Shown here piece by piece: positions 1 through 9,853 of a stretch of DNA of 64,000 nucleotides. Positions within the stretch are counted from its first letter, which is position 1. Each line of letters opens with the position of its first letter. The position numbers and the translations under genes are program-made. The notes below the pieces were generated by a model. The model saw nothing but the letters and a program-made list of their open reading frames with translations. It made no database searches and was not told where the DNA came from. Source of the DNA: Nitrospiraceae bacterium. GTDB taxonomy: Bacteria; Nitrospirota; Nitrospiria; Nitrospirales; Nitrospiraceae. Where the stretch lies: NCBI GenBank assembly GCA_039920585.1, contig JBDSDL010000084.1, positions 184-64,183 of the forward strand. Direction: 5' to 3'.

Positions 1-1
1 T

Positions 2-649
2 TTGATCGTGCTGCTCATCGACGAGCGGCCGGAAGAAGTTACTGACTGGCAGCGGCAGGTGAAGGCCGAAGTTATCAGCTCTACGTTCGACGAGCCGGCC
101 CAGCGCCATGCTCAAGTGGCTGAAATGGTGCTCGAGAAGGCTAAGCGGCTGGTCGAACATAAGAAAGATGTCGTGGTACTGCTGGATAGCATCACCAGGC
201 TGGCGCGTGCCTACAATACCATTGCACCGCCAAGCGGCAAGGTGTTGTCGGGAGGCCTGGATTCAAATGCGCTCCAACGACCAAAGCGGTTCTTTGGGGC
301 GGCCCGGAACATCGAAAATGGCGGGAGTCTCACCATCATGGCGACCGCGCTAGTCGATACCGGCAGCCGGATGGACGATGTGATTTTTGAGGAATTCAAA
401 GGGACCGGCAACATGGAAGTCCATCTCGATCGCCGTCTGGCCGACAAGCGGCTCTTCCCGGCCATCGATATTGCCCAATCCGGGACGAGAAAAGAAGAAT
501 TGTTGGTGGACAAGGATCGTCTCAACAAGATGTGGATTCTGCGCAAAGTGCTAAGTCCGCTTGGGACGATGGAAGCCATGGAGTTTCTGATGGACAAGCT
601 GCATGGCACCAAGACCAATCAGGAATTTCTGCAGTCGATGAATCGATAA
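2..649 (+). CDS. rho: Transcription termination factor Rho, C-terminal part (5' truncated by window edge)
   Basis: ORF is open to the 5' edge. Translation carries Rho ATPase/C-terminal motifs ([32 protein letters not shown]). TAA stop at 647-649. Confidence 0.95.
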   Translation: MIVLLIDERPEEVTDWQRQVKAEVISSTFDEPAQRHAQVAEMVLEKAKRLVEHKKDVVVLLDSITRLARAYNTIAPPSGKVLSGGLDSNALQRPKRFFGAARNIENGGSLTIMATALVDTGSRMDDVIFEEFKGTGNMEVHLDRRLADKRLFPAIDIAQSGTRKEELLVDKDRLNKMWILRKVLSPLGTMEAMEFLMDKLHGTKTNQEFLQSMNR

Positions 650-743
650 TATCCAGCTTGTATCCGGTCATTGAGACAGGGTACAGTGGCTGGCCTTCGA
701 ATAGGCGAAGGCCGATGACTGTGATGGCGGGGGAGCGTGAAAT

Positions 744-950
744 ATGAAGAAGGGTATCCATCCCGTGTATCGGGAAGTTGCGGTGCATTGTGCCTGCGGC
801 AACAAATATAAGACCAGATCGACAGGCGGCGATATCAATGTCGATATCTGCTCAAACTGCCATCCGTTTTTTACTGGGACGCAGAAGATCATTGATACCG
901 AAGGGCGCGTTGAACGGTTCAAGAAGAAGTACGCGAAGAAAGCCAAGTAG
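744..950 (+). CDS. rpmE: 50S ribosomal protein L31
   Basis: 68 aa, MKKGIHPVY... N-terminus, Cys motifs (CAC...[10 protein letters not shown]) typical of Zn-type L31. Confidence 0.95.
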   Translation: MKKGIHPVYREVAVHCACGNKYKTRSTGGDINVDICSNCHPFFTGTQKIIDTEGRVERFKKKYAKKAK

Positions 951-970
951 CTCGAGAAAAGGCCATACGA

Positions 971-1010
971 GGGACCCTGCTTCGCTGAGGGGCAGGGTCT
1001 CTTTGTTTTT
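971..1010 (+). terminator. Rho-independent terminator candidate after rpmE
   Basis: GACCCTGC (973-980) pairs with GCAGGGTC (992-999), followed by TCTTTGTTTTT. Confidence 0.6.
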
Positions 1011-1055
1011 GTGCGGGGCTAGGGGTCTAAGAGCGAATCTGAAGGAAGTAGTGTT

Positions 1056-2132
1056 ATGGAAGCAGTGCTGCTGAAAAAATGGGAAGTGCTAGCCACCCGA
1101 TACGATGAGTTGACGAATCAGCTCATGGATCCGTCTATGATGAGTCAACCTTCGCAGTTGCACAAGGTGAATAAAGAGCGAACGGATATCGAGCCGGCGG
1201 CCAGACTTCTTGCCACCTATCGAGACAACGCACGGCAGCTAGAGGAAGCCGCTCAAATTCTTGCAGACCCCGCGGCCGGGGTTGAATTGCACAAGATGGC
1301 GATGGAGGAAAGCTCCACCCTCGAACACCTGCAGCACGAGATTGAACAGCAGGCCCAAGAGCTGCTTATTCCTAAAGACCCGCGAGACGAGAAGAGTCTA
1401 CTTCTCGAAATCCGCGCCGGGACAGGCGGCGACGAGGCGGCACTCTTTGCCGGAGAATTGTTCCGCATGTACGGCAAATACGCAGAGATCAAAGGATTCA
1501 AGGTGGATATAGTCGAAGCCACAGAAACCACAGGCGGAGGCTACAAGGGGGTCGTTGCGCTAATCGAAGGCAAGGGGGCCTATAGCCATTTCAAATTCGA
1601 GGCTGGGGTCCACCGAGTACAGCGTGTTCCCGTCACTGAGGCCAGTGGCCGGATTCATACGTCGACCGTCACTGTCGCCGTGATGCCTGAGGTAGATGAG
1701 GTCGATGTGCATATCGATCCCATGGATCTCAGGATCGACACCTTCTGCTCATCCGGCGCCGGAGGCCAGAGCGTCAATACGACAAAATCAGCGGTGCGGA
1801 TCACCCATATTCCGACCGGTGTGGTGGTGAGTTGCCAAGACGAACGGTCGCAGCTGAAAAACCGTACTAAGGCGATGAGAACCCTGCGGGCCAGAATCGT
1901 CGAGGCGGAGCGGGAGCGGCATGAGGCGGAAATCGCGCAGAATCGTAAGGCTCAGGTGGGCACGGGCGAGCGAAGCGAGAAGATTCGCACCTACAATTTC
2001 CCTCAAAATCGTGTAACAGATCATCGTGTCGGTGTGACCTTGCATAAGTTGGAACAGGTGCTCGAGGGCGACCTCGGTGAACTCGTTCAGGCCTTGAAGG
2101 CGCAACGTCAGCAAGAAGTGGGCGCGGCGTAA
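1056..2132 (+). CDS. prfA: Peptide chain release factor 1
   Basis: 358 aa with GGQ motif (SGAGGQSVNTT) and RF1-type PVT tripeptide (RVPVTEASGRIHTS). Confidence 0.97.
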   Translation: MEAVLLKKWEVLATRYDELTNQLMDPSMMSQPSQLHKVNKERTDIEPAARLLATYRDNARQLEEAAQILADPAAGVELHKMAMEESSTLEHLQHEIEQQAQELLIPKDPRDEKSLLLEIRAGTGGDEAALFAGELFRMYGKYAEIKGFKVDIVEATETTGGGYKGVVALIEGKGAYSHFKFEAGVHRVQRVPVTEASGRIHTSTVTVAVMPEVDEVDVHIDPMDLRIDTFCSSGAGGQSVNTTKSAVRITHIPTGVVVSCQDERSQLKNRTKAMRTLRARIVEAERERHEAEIAQNRKAQVGTGERSEKIRTYNFPQNRVTDHRVGVTLHKLEQVLEGDLGELVQALKAQRQQEVGAA

Positions 2133-2133
2133 C

Positions 2134-3039
2134 ATGGATGCGGTTGCCCCCATCCCGCAGTCAACGAAACGGGCGACGCTCGGTGAGGTGATCGCCGAGG
2201 CACGACGGATGCTGGAACAGGCCGGGATCGACAGTGCAGAGCAGGAAGTGTTGTGGATCGTGGAGCATGTGCTCCGGCTTCCTGTGCATCATGTGCTTAC
2301 CAATCGAGACCGAGTATTGTCTCGTACCGAACTCACAGCCACGAGAGGGCTTCTTGAGCGGCGGGTCGGTCGTGAGCCCTTGCAATATATTTTTGGGACA
2401 CAGGAATTTTGCGGGCTGGAGTTTGATGTGAACCCGGCGGTGCTCATCCCGAGGCCGGAGACCGAGCTGCTGGTGGAGTATGTCGCGCAACGGATTCCCA
2501 CCGAGCGACAGGCGACCATCGTCGATGTCTGTACGGGATCCGGGTGCATTGCCGTGGCGATTGCTCGGCTGAGACCTCGTGCGCGGGTGATCGCAACCGA
2601 TCTATCAAGCCCCTCCCTCGATGTCGCCAGGCAGAATGCCATGCGCCATGAGGTTGGTGAGCGCATCACATGGCTGGAAGGTGACTTGCTGAGTCCATTA
2701 GCTGAGAAGGGGTTGGAAGGGTGCGTTGACGTCATTGTTTCAAATCCCCCCTATATTGCGGAGGCTGATTGGACGACACTCCAGCCGGAAGTGCGACTGT
2801 TTGAACCGCGCAGTGCATTGGTAGCTGGGCCTCAGGGAACGGAGCTGCACGAACGGTTACTGCAAGAGGCCGGTCGATATCTGTCTCCCGGCGGTGCCCT
2901 GATTATGGAAATCGGCGCAGGTCAGGCTCGTGCGATGCGCAGGATTGTCGAGCAGATACACGGGTATCGGTTTCACCGGCTGGTCTATGACGAAGCGGGA
3001 CTTGAGCGCGTGGTGATTGTCGAGCGAGCAGGCAGGTAG
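2134..3039 (+). CDS. prmC: Release-factor glutamine N5-methyltransferase (HemK/PrmC)
   Basis: 301 aa SAM-methyltransferase with NPPY motif (VSNPPYI). Starts 2 nt after the prfA stop, the classic prfA-prmC pair. Confidence 0.9.
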   Translation: MDAVAPIPQSTKRATLGEVIAEARRMLEQAGIDSAEQEVLWIVEHVLRLPVHHVLTNRDRVLSRTELTATRGLLERRVGREPLQYIFGTQEFCGLEFDVNPAVLIPRPETELLVEYVAQRIPTERQATIVDVCTGSGCIAVAIARLRPRARVIATDLSSPSLDVARQNAMRHEVGERITWLEGDLLSPLAEKGLEGCVDVIVSNPPYIAEADWTTLQPEVRLFEPRSALVAGPQGTELHERLLQEAGRYLSPGGALIMEIGAGQARAMRRIVEQIHGYRFHRLVYDEAGLERVVIVERAGR

Positions 3040-3045
3040 CAGGCG

Positions 3046-4323
3046 ATGGATCGTACAATTATCACCGGCGGGGCGCCGCTTCGAGGAGAGGTTCAGATCA
3101 GTGGGGCGAAGAATGCCGCGTTGCCGATCTTAGCCTCTACCATTCTGGGCGGCGGAGAGTGCGTGATCACCAACGTGCCTCGCGTGGTGGATGTTGTCAC
3201 CATGGGCAAGTTGTTGGGCATCTTGGGCGCCAAGGTTCATTATGAGGAGAATCGCGCGGTCATCAATGCGGCGGTGATCACTGGGACTCAGGCTCCATAC
3301 GATCTTGTGAAGACCATGCGGGCCTCCGTACTGGTGCTGGGACCGCTATTGGCTCGATGGGGAGAAGCCACCGTGTCTATGCCCGGCGGCTGCGCGATCG
3401 GGTCACGCCCTGTCAATCTGCATCTCGCCGGATTGGCGAAAATGGGTGCGGAAGTTTCGATGGAACATGGGTATATTCGGGCCAAAGCGAAGCGGCTGAC
3501 AGGCGCACAGATTTATTGCGACACGCCGACGGTCACCGGAACGGAAAATTTGATGATGGCGGCGTCACTCGCCCAGGGGACGACGATTATTGAAAACGCC
3601 GCGAAGGAACCGGAGATCGTGGACCTTGCGGAATTTCTCGTAAAGCGAGGGGCTCGCATCGACGGCGCCGGCTCGGATGTCATCACGATCGAGGGTGTCC
3701 GTGAGTTGCATGGGAGCGATCACGACGTCATCCCAGATCGTATTGAAGCCGGCACGTACCTGGTGGCCGGAGCCATTACTCGAGGAGCGGTCACGCTCAA
3801 TCGGTGCCGTCCGCACCACTTGGACGCCTTGTTGCTGAAGCTGCGGGAAGCCGGTGTCGAGATGCAGGTGGAGAAGGAACGGATTCATCTCAACGCGGCA
3901 TCGCGGCTCAAGGGGATCGACATCCGGACGTTGCCCTATCCAGGGTTCCCCACCGACATGCAGGCGCAGATGGTGGCTTTGATGACGGCCGCCGAGGGCA
4001 CGAGTGTGATCACCGAGACGGTGTTCGAAAGCCGCTTTATGCATGTTGAGGAGTTGCGACGGATGGGGGCCGATATTAAGGTCGAGGGCAATCGGGCGGT
4101 GGTGACTGGACCGACTAGGTTGACTGGGGCTCCGGTGATGGCGTCCGATCTTCGTGCGAGCGCAGGGTTGGTCTTGGCTGGTCTTGCAGCGGATGGCACG
4201 ACGGAGATTCTCCGTGTCTACCATCTGGATCGTGGCTATGAGCGGATGGAAGAGAAGTTGCGTGGGTTGGGTGCGACGATCACCCGTCATAAAGAGGGAG
4301 CGGCTCTGGCCGGAACTCGTTGA
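3046..4323 (+). CDS. murA: UDP-N-acetylglucosamine 1-carboxyvinyltransferase
   Basis: 425 aa with a MurA-type N-terminus (GEVQISGAKNAALPILAS) and full-length MurA-like sequence. Confidence 0.97.
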   Translation: MDRTIITGGAPLRGEVQISGAKNAALPILASTILGGGECVITNVPRVVDVVTMGKLLGILGAKVHYEENRAVINAAVITGTQAPYDLVKTMRASVLVLGPLLARWGEATVSMPGGCAIGSRPVNLHLAGLAKMGAEVSMEHGYIRAKAKRLTGAQIYCDTPTVTGTENLMMAASLAQGTTIIENAAKEPEIVDLAEFLVKRGARIDGAGSDVITIEGVRELHGSDHDVIPDRIEAGTYLVAGAITRGAVTLNRCRPHHLDALLLKLREAGVEMQVEKERIHLNAASRLKGIDIRTLPYPGFPTDMQAQMVALMTAAEGTSVITETVFESRFMHVEELRRMGADIKVEGNRAVVTGPTRLTGAPVMASDLRASAGLVLAGLAADGTTEILRVYHLDRGYERMEEKLRGLGATITRHKEGAALAGTR

Positions 4324-4327
4324 CAGC

Positions 4328-5032
4328 ATGCTGACAATTGCCTTGTCGAAAGGAAAAATGTTGGATCTCACGATGGACGTTTTTCGCCGGGCTGGGTATG
4401 CCATAGGGAGCCTCTCTACCGAAAGCCGCAGGTTGGTGTTTCCCTGCCCTGAGATCGGCATGACCTTCCTGATCGTGCGGCCGACCGACGTGCCGACTTA
4501 TGTCGAATATGGCGCTGCAGATGTCGGGATTGTCGGGAAAGACGTCTTGATGGAGCAGGATAGCGACGTTTATGAGCCATTGGATTTAGGGATCGGAGCG
4601 TGTAGAATCGCCGTCGCTGCGCTTAAGGGGCAGGCCTCGCGCGACCGGCTGTCCTCGAAAATTCGGGTGGCGACCAAGTATCCGAAGATCACCGAGCGGT
4701 ATTTCAATCAGCGCGGCGTCTCGGTCGAGATCGTCAAGTTGTACGGCTCGATTGAACTGGCGCCGTTGGTTGGCCTGGCTGATCGGATCGTGGATCTGGT
4801 CGAAACGGGCAACACGCTCAAGGCGCATGATCTTGTCGAAGTGGAGTGCATCGCGCAGTCCACGGCTCGGTTGGTCGTCAATCGGGCGAGTTTGAAGCTG
4901 AAGCATGCGGTGATTACAGCGCTGATCAAAAAGCTCCGGGCCGTGAGCAATACTCCAGCCGGGTCTCGAACACCTACTCCGCGCAAGTCGGCGCTCGGGG
5001 CACGTCGAACGGTCAGACGGACGCGCACATGA
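4328..5032 (+). CDS. hisG: ATP phosphoribosyltransferase, short (HisG-S) form with basic/Pro-rich C-terminal tail
   Basis: In-frame ATG at 4328 gives MLTIALSKGKMLD..., the usual HisG N-terminus. The upstream part of ORF 4154.. overlaps murA and was dropped. The stop overlaps the hisD ATG (ATGA). Confidence 0.9.
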   Translation: MLTIALSKGKMLDLTMDVFRRAGYAIGSLSTESRRLVFPCPEIGMTFLIVRPTDVPTYVEYGAADVGIVGKDVLMEQDSDVYEPLDLGIGACRIAVAALKGQASRDRLSSKIRVATKYPKITERYFNQRGVSVEIVKLYGSIELAPLVGLADRIVDLVETGNTLKAHDLVEVECIAQSTARLVVNRASLKLKHAVITALIKKLRAVSNTPAGSRTPTPRKSALGARRTVRRTRT

Positions 5033-6312
5033 AGATTGTAGCCTCCACCGAGCGAGCCTTTCTCCCCGTACTCAAGAAAGTGGCGTTGCGTGCTCGTGTG
5101 CAAGGCGCTGCCGTTGAGAAGACGGTCAAGTCGATTTTGCAATCCGTGGAGCGGGGGGGTGATAAGGCCGTCCTCCGCTATACGAAACAGTTCGACCGTG
5201 TCTCTATGAAAGACACGGAGCTGCGTATCACCCCCGAAGAAATCAAAGAAGCCTACTTTCACATCCGGAAAGACGAGGGCGACGCACTCAGGTTTGCGGC
5301 TCAACGGATCACGTCATTTCACGAACGCCAGCGCATCAAGACCTGGATGTATCAAGACAACGAAGCGACGCTGGGACAGGTGGTCACGCCGGTCGATGCG
5401 GTCGGAGTGTATGTGCCGGGTGGAAAAGCGGTGTACCCATCGTCGGTCTTGATGTGCGCGATTCCTGCCAAGGTCGCGGGCGTCTCCCGCGTGGTGATGT
5501 GTACACCGCCGCAAAAGGGCCCGATCAATCCCTATTTACTGGTCGCAGCCGATATCGCCGGGGTGACGGAGATCTATCTCGTCGGGGGCGTGCAAGCTGT
5601 TGGAGCGATGGCCTATGGGACCAAGACGATCCAACGCGTCGACAAAATTGTGGGCCCCGGCAATATTTATGTCGCGACGGCCAAGCGGCTCCTCTATGGC
5701 ACGGTCGGGATCGACATGGTGGCAGGTCCAAGCGAACTGCTCGTCGTCGCAGATGGCGATGCCAAGCCGGCGCATGTCGCAGCCGATCTTCTCTGCGAAG
5801 CAGAGCATGACGAAGACGCGCAGGTCTACCTCGTCACCACCTCGGCCCAGTTGGCAAAGGACGTAGTGAGGCTCATTGGCAGCCAGCTGAAGGGGCTACA
5901 ACGGGAGAAGATCGCGGCGAAGTCCATTGCGCGCCATTCAGTGGCTTTCGTGGTCGCCACGATGGACGAAGCCATTGATGTGGCCAACCAGATTGCCCCG
6001 GAACATTTGACGCTCTCGGTCGATGAACCGTTCGACTATCTAGAAAAAATTCGGCACGCGGGGGCGCTCTTTTTAGGCCGATACACTCCCCCATCGGTCG
6101 CGGATTACATCGCCGGTCCGAATCACGTCTTGCCGACAGGCGGGACGGCGCGTTTCTTTTCGGCACTCTCCGTCCACGATTACATCAAGGTGAGCAACAT
6201 CGTGCATTATACGAAAGAGGAGCTGAGCAAGGTAAAAGATCATCTTGTTCGGTTGGCCCACATTGAAGGGTTCGACGCCCACGCGAAATCAGCCCAAAGC
6301 AGGTTTTCATGA
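5029..6312 (+). CDS. hisD: Histidinol dehydrogenase
   Basis: ATG at 5029 (MKIVASTER...). HisD-like throughout ([29 protein letters not shown]). The upstream 61 codons of the ORF overlap hisG. Confidence 0.95.
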   Translation: MKIVASTERAFLPVLKKVALRARVQGAAVEKTVKSILQSVERGGDKAVLRYTKQFDRVSMKDTELRITPEEIKEAYFHIRKDEGDALRFAAQRITSFHERQRIKTWMYQDNEATLGQVVTPVDAVGVYVPGGKAVYPSSVLMCAIPAKVAGVSRVVMCTPPQKGPINPYLLVAADIAGVTEIYLVGGVQAVGAMAYGTKTIQRVDKIVGPGNIYVATAKRLLYGTVGIDMVAGPSELLVVADGDAKPAHVAADLLCEAEHDEDAQVYLVTTSAQLAKDVVRLIGSQLKGLQREKIAAKSIARHSVAFVVATMDEAIDVANQIAPEHLTLSVDEPFDYLEKIRHAGALFLGRYTPPSVADYIAGPNHVLPTGGTARFFSALSVHDYIKVSNIVHYTKEELSKVKDHLVRLAHIEGFDAHAKSAQSRFS

Positions 6313-6917
6313 AAAAGAACGGATCAGCACCCAGGCAGGCATCGATTCATCGGGCCACGAAGGAAACAGATATCCATGTCGAATGGACGCTTGACGGCAG
6401 CGGGCAGGGAAAGATCGACACCGGCATTCGTTTTTTTGATCACATGTTGGAGTTGCTGTCCAAGCATGGTTTCTTCGATCTGACCGTACGGGCGAAAGGC
6501 GACATCGATATCGACGAACACCATACGGTCGAAGATGTTGGAATCGTCATGGGCAAGGCATTGCATCAAGCCTTGGTCGAGAAGGCGGGAATTAAGCGAT
6601 TTGGATTTGCCTCAGCCCCACTCGACGAAACGCTGGCGCAAGTCACGGTGGATCTCAGCGGCCGGCCCTACCTTGTCTACAATGTGAATCTTCCGGATCG
6701 GAAGATCAAGGCGTTCGATTTAGGCCTGTTCGAAGACTTCTTCCAAGCCTTTGTGACGCATGGTGGGCTCAACATGCACGTGAATCTCATGTACGGCCGC
6801 AACCCGCACCACATCATGGAAGCCATCTTCAAGGCACTGGCCAAGGCGCTCGATCAAGCGACTATGCTGGAGGAGCGGTTGGCGGGTAAAGTATTGTCGA
6901 CGAAGGGGATGCTGTAG
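6309..6917 (+). CDS. hisB: Imidazoleglycerol-phosphate dehydratase
   Basis: 202 aa with IGPD motifs ([26 protein letters not shown]). ATGA overlap with hisD. Confidence 0.95.
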   Translation: MKKNGSAPRQASIHRATKETDIHVEWTLDGSGQGKIDTGIRFFDHMLELLSKHGFFDLTVRAKGDIDIDEHHTVEDVGIVMGKALHQALVEKAGIKRFGFASAPLDETLAQVTVDLSGRPYLVYNVNLPDRKIKAFDLGLFEDFFQAFVTHGGLNMHVNLMYGRNPHHIMEAIFKALAKALDQATMLEERLAGKVLSTKGML

Positions 6918-6951
6918 CTCAAAGAGGACGCTCAAAATGTGTTGGTCTAAT

Positions 6952-6984
6952 GGGGCAGGTTTCTGAGAAGGAGCCTGCCCTTTG
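6952..6984 (+). terminator. Stem-loop after hisB (weak terminator candidate)
   Basis: GGGCAGG (6953-6959) pairs with CCTGCCC (6974-6980), followed only by a short TTT run. Confidence 0.35.
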
Positions 6985-7043
6985 TATTCCATCGGCAACT
7001 CGGGAATTTTTTCGATTGCAGAGTTGAAACGTATTTTGCTGCC

Positions 7044-8012
7044 ATGAACAAGAAACGTCATCATTACATCCCGAAATCCTATCTGAAATTCTTCTGTGAC
7101 GAGGCAGGGCAAGTTCGTGTCTATCGTAAGGATGACCCGGGCAAAGTAATTCAGCTGTCGCCGGACAACGTAGGCTTTCACAAGTACTACTACTCTCAGC
7201 CGAGACCTGATGGTGGGAAAGACCACAATGCTCTCGAGGATTGCTTTTCAAGTATGGAAGCTAAGTGGCCGGGGATCGTAGAGCGACTTCATCGCCGAGA
7301 GAACGTCAATGATTCTCTTGAAGAGATCTTTCAATTCATGGCATTGCAGCGGGCGCGCGTCCCCGCCAGTCGCGATGTAACAGAGAGGATACATGCGGAA
7401 GGTGTAATGGCTACGGCTCGGCAGTTGGATGCGGAAGGGAAACTATCCACGAAGCCTGAGGGCGTAGAAGACATTCTTGACCATGTTGAAGTGTCGATCA
7501 ATCCCCACCAATCCATTCACGCCATGGTTACCGTGATGCAAGCCACTGGGCAGGTGTTCGATCAGATTGGCTTCTATGCGACGCATAACAAGACCGATGT
7601 TCCATTTTTGACCAGTGATAATCCGGTAATCTGGTTCGACCCTTCTGTTCAGGATACTGATCTGCGGCCATATGTTCTTCAGCCTGATGGGCCGGTTGTC
7701 TTGCTCTTTCCGGTTAGTCCGTCACTCCTTATCTATGGGCACTCGTCATGGCGGGACCGGTTTGTGTCAGAGGGGTTGGGAATAGCGGATTTGTCGGACA
7801 CTGGTTTAGTCGAGATGATTAATCGGCAAGTCTGTCGTTTTGGGTCCCAGGCCATCTTTGCGCAAAAGCAAGGACAGGAACGACTTATAGGTGAACACGC
7901 CGAGTTGTCGCCAACCATACGTTTCGACAGAATTGCGGTAGGAGAAGATGAGTCTATCGTCTTTGAGCTGGTTTTCGGAAAGCGAGAACGCAAGCCAAAG
8001 TGGGTGGAATAA
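7044..8012 (+). CDS. DUF4238-like protein of unknown function (accessory insertion in his operon)
   Basis: 322 aa. N-terminal HHYIPKSYLKFF and internal FLTSDNPV match my recollection of the DUF4238 family signature. Hand counts of sampled stretches give roughly 45% GC versus about 60% in a hisB sample. Confidence 0.75.
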   Translation: MNKKRHHYIPKSYLKFFCDEAGQVRVYRKDDPGKVIQLSPDNVGFHKYYYSQPRPDGGKDHNALEDCFSSMEAKWPGIVERLHRRENVNDSLEEIFQFMALQRARVPASRDVTERIHAEGVMATARQLDAEGKLSTKPEGVEDILDHVEVSINPHQSIHAMVTVMQATGQVFDQIGFYATHNKTDVPFLTSDNPVIWFDPSVQDTDLRPYVLQPDGPVVLLFPVSPSLLIYGHSSWRDRFVSEGLGIADLSDTGLVEMINRQVCRFGSQAIFAQKQGQERLIGEHAELSPTIRFDRIAVGEDESIVFELVFGKRERKPKWVE

Positions 8013-8253
8013 CCGGAGTCGCCAGCATTAGTTCGTGAGTGGCCCGATATATTGATTAGGCTTTGAGCTATACCTGAAACCTTCCACGTCTGCCTGCTCA
8101 TTTTTCGTTATAGCCGAATGGACTCAAGCGTCATTCTAAGTTTTAGGCCCTCGCAGTTCTTCTTGTTCAGTTTGGCAGTGGCAGGAAGGCGTTGGTTGCG
8201 GTATTGTACCCGCCTACGGTCAAACTGTGGAACGGTAGGAGTGGGCAACGGTA

Positions 8254-8422
8254 GGATGCTCAAAAAGGCCGTTCAGCAAGGCCGCAGGCGAGTCGAAACC
8301 GGAGGCGTACCCTCAGGGGTACGTTGAGGATTTCGATGAGCCGAGAACGATGCATGGGAAAAGGCGCGTCTCGGCGCGCCTGGGTTGGGCGGGTGAGAAG
8401 GGCGACTTTTTCAGCATCCTGC
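8254..8422 (-). repeat. Long-stem palindromic intergenic repeat, copy A (long variant, core inverted relative to the other copies)
   Basis: Left part is the reverse complement of copy B from arm through core (GGATGCTCAAAAAGGCCGTTCAGC AAGGCCGCAGGCGAG...CGTACCC-TCAG-GGGTACG...GAGAACGA). Right end is TTTTTCAGCATCCTGC. It carries the 38-nt module at 8363-8400. Confidence 0.85.
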
Positions 8423-8433
8423 AAGAAAGTGAC

Positions 8434-9045
8434 ATGATTGCGATCATCGATTACGGTATGGGCAATCTCCGCAGTGTCTCCAAGGCTTTTGAGGCGGTGG
8501 GGCATCAGGCGGTGGTGACGCGTGATGCTAAGGTCATTGGAAACGCGAGTCATGTTGTCCTGCCTGGTGTCGGAGCCTTTGGTGATTGCATGACCAACGT
8601 TGAGCGTTATGGGCTGGCGGAACCGATTCGCACAGCGATCCAATCGGGAAAACCATTTCTGGGAATCTGTTTGGGGCTTCAATTATTATTTGAGGAAAGT
8701 GAGGAATTTGGGACGCACAAGGGTCTCGGCATTATTCCCGGCAGGGTTAAAAGGTTCGCTGTCGGCCAGGGGCTGAAGGTGCCGCACATGGGTTGGAACA
8801 ACGTCACAATTGAGCGGCCCTGTCCCTTGTTCGAAGGGATTGCCAACGGGTCGTACTGGTATTTTGTGCATTCGTTCTATGTCAACCCCTCTGACGCGAC
8901 CGTTGCGGCTACTATGACGGATTACGGGACGAGGTTTGTGTCGAGTATCTGGCGGGACAATGTGGTGGCCTGTCAGTTCCATCCCGAAAAGAGCCAGGCC
9001 GTCGGGTTGCAACTCATTAAGAACTTTGGATCCTGGCAGACATAG
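8434..9045 (+). CDS. hisH: Imidazole glycerol phosphate synthase, glutamine amidotransferase subunit
   Basis: ATG at 8434 gives the canonical MIAIIDYGMGNLRSV N-terminus, with the GICLGLQ Cys nucleophile and a C-terminal QFHPEKS. Confidence 0.93.
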   Translation: MIAIIDYGMGNLRSVSKAFEAVGHQAVVTRDAKVIGNASHVVLPGVGAFGDCMTNVERYGLAEPIRTAIQSGKPFLGICLGLQLLFEESEEFGTHKGLGIIPGRVKRFAVGQGLKVPHMGWNNVTIERPCPLFEGIANGSYWYFVHSFYVNPSDATVAATMTDYGTRFVSSIWRDNVVACQFHPEKSQAVGLQLIKNFGSWQT

Positions 9046-9076
9046 ATGTCAGGGGTAAGGCATGAGGGGTGAACTG

Positions 9077-9835
9077 GTGAAAATACAAAACAAGGGAACC
9101 GTCGCCTTACGCCTGACACTTCACACGCTCACGCTGACGGTTCTCGCACTGGTGGTTGCCGGCTGCAGCGGGTCGAAAGTGACCACGAAATCGTCCGCGG
9201 AATTGCCGCGCTATCAGATTCGTACCATCGCATTGGTGTCGTTTACGACTCTCGCGACGCCACAGGTGAGGGACGTTGCCGATCAGATGTTCTCAGTACC
9301 GCCTGAGGTTCGCAGGTCCGATATGGCAATGGCGGTGCCGCCGAATATCGAACACACTCTCAGGCAAACGGTCACAGTGCCGTCTGGCGCTGGAGATATC
9401 GTCACGCAGCTCCTGTGGAACCGGTTAAAGACAAGGCAGGGGATAACCGTGCTCTCGCCTGGTGAAGCAGCGAGAGCATTGGGGGCTCCGGCAACGCCGC
9501 AACCTCCCACCAATCAGTCACCGGCGGTGGCAATCGCCAAACAGCTCAAAGCGGATGCTTCGCTGATCGGCCAAGTGTTGGTGTATCAGGAGCGAGTCGG
9601 TGGTCGCTTCGGCGCCAGCCCACCGGCCACGGTGGGGTTTGAAGCCAAGGTGGTCGCGGCTGACGGGCAAGTCCTGTGGGAAGGAAATTACTATGAGAAA
9701 CAGAGGCCGATGAACGAAGACGTGATGGGATTTATCCAGCGCAGGGGTATGTTCGTCACGGCGGAGGAGCTGGCGGCGTATGGAGTTGAGCATATGCTTC
9801 AAGAGTTTCCGTTTGGAACAGTCGGGGAACACTGA
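9077..9835 (+). CDS. Putative lipoprotein of unknown function
   Basis: Signal peptide plus lipobox (LALVVAGC|SGS). GTG at 9077 lies 7 nt after GAGGGG; ATG at 9062 is the alternative start. No family recognised. Confidence 0.65.
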   Translation: MKIQNKGTVALRLTLHTLTLTVLALVVAGCSGSKVTTKSSAELPRYQIRTIALVSFTTLATPQVRDVADQMFSVPPEVRRSDMAMAVPPNIEHTLRQTVTVPSGAGDIVTQLLWNRLKTRQGITVLSPGEAARALGAPATPQPPTNQSPAVAIAKQLKADASLIGQVLVYQERVGGRFGASPPATVGFEAKVVAADGQVLWEGNYYEKQRPMNEDVMGFIQRRGMFVTAEELAAYGVEHMLQEFPFGTVGEH

Positions 9836-9853
9836 GAGGAAGCGGTTCTTTGT

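Noticed and set aside
692-713. GGCCTTCG-loop-CGAAGGCC hairpin after rho, considered as a terminator.
   Set aside because: No T-run follows, and rpmE starts 30 nt later, so it may just be an mRNA stem. The evidence is insufficient to call it.
4154-4327. Upstream 58 codons of the hisG ORF.
   Set aside because: They overlap the 3' end of murA in another frame. The HisG-like sequence begins at ATG 4328.
8350-8433. Possible 28-aa N-terminal extension of HisH (MHGKRRVSARLGWAGEKGDFFSILQESD) encoded by repeat copy A.
   Set aside because: Canonical HisH starts at MIAIIDYG (ATG 8434). The extension is repeat-derived sequence that also appears in frame-unrelated contexts in copy C.
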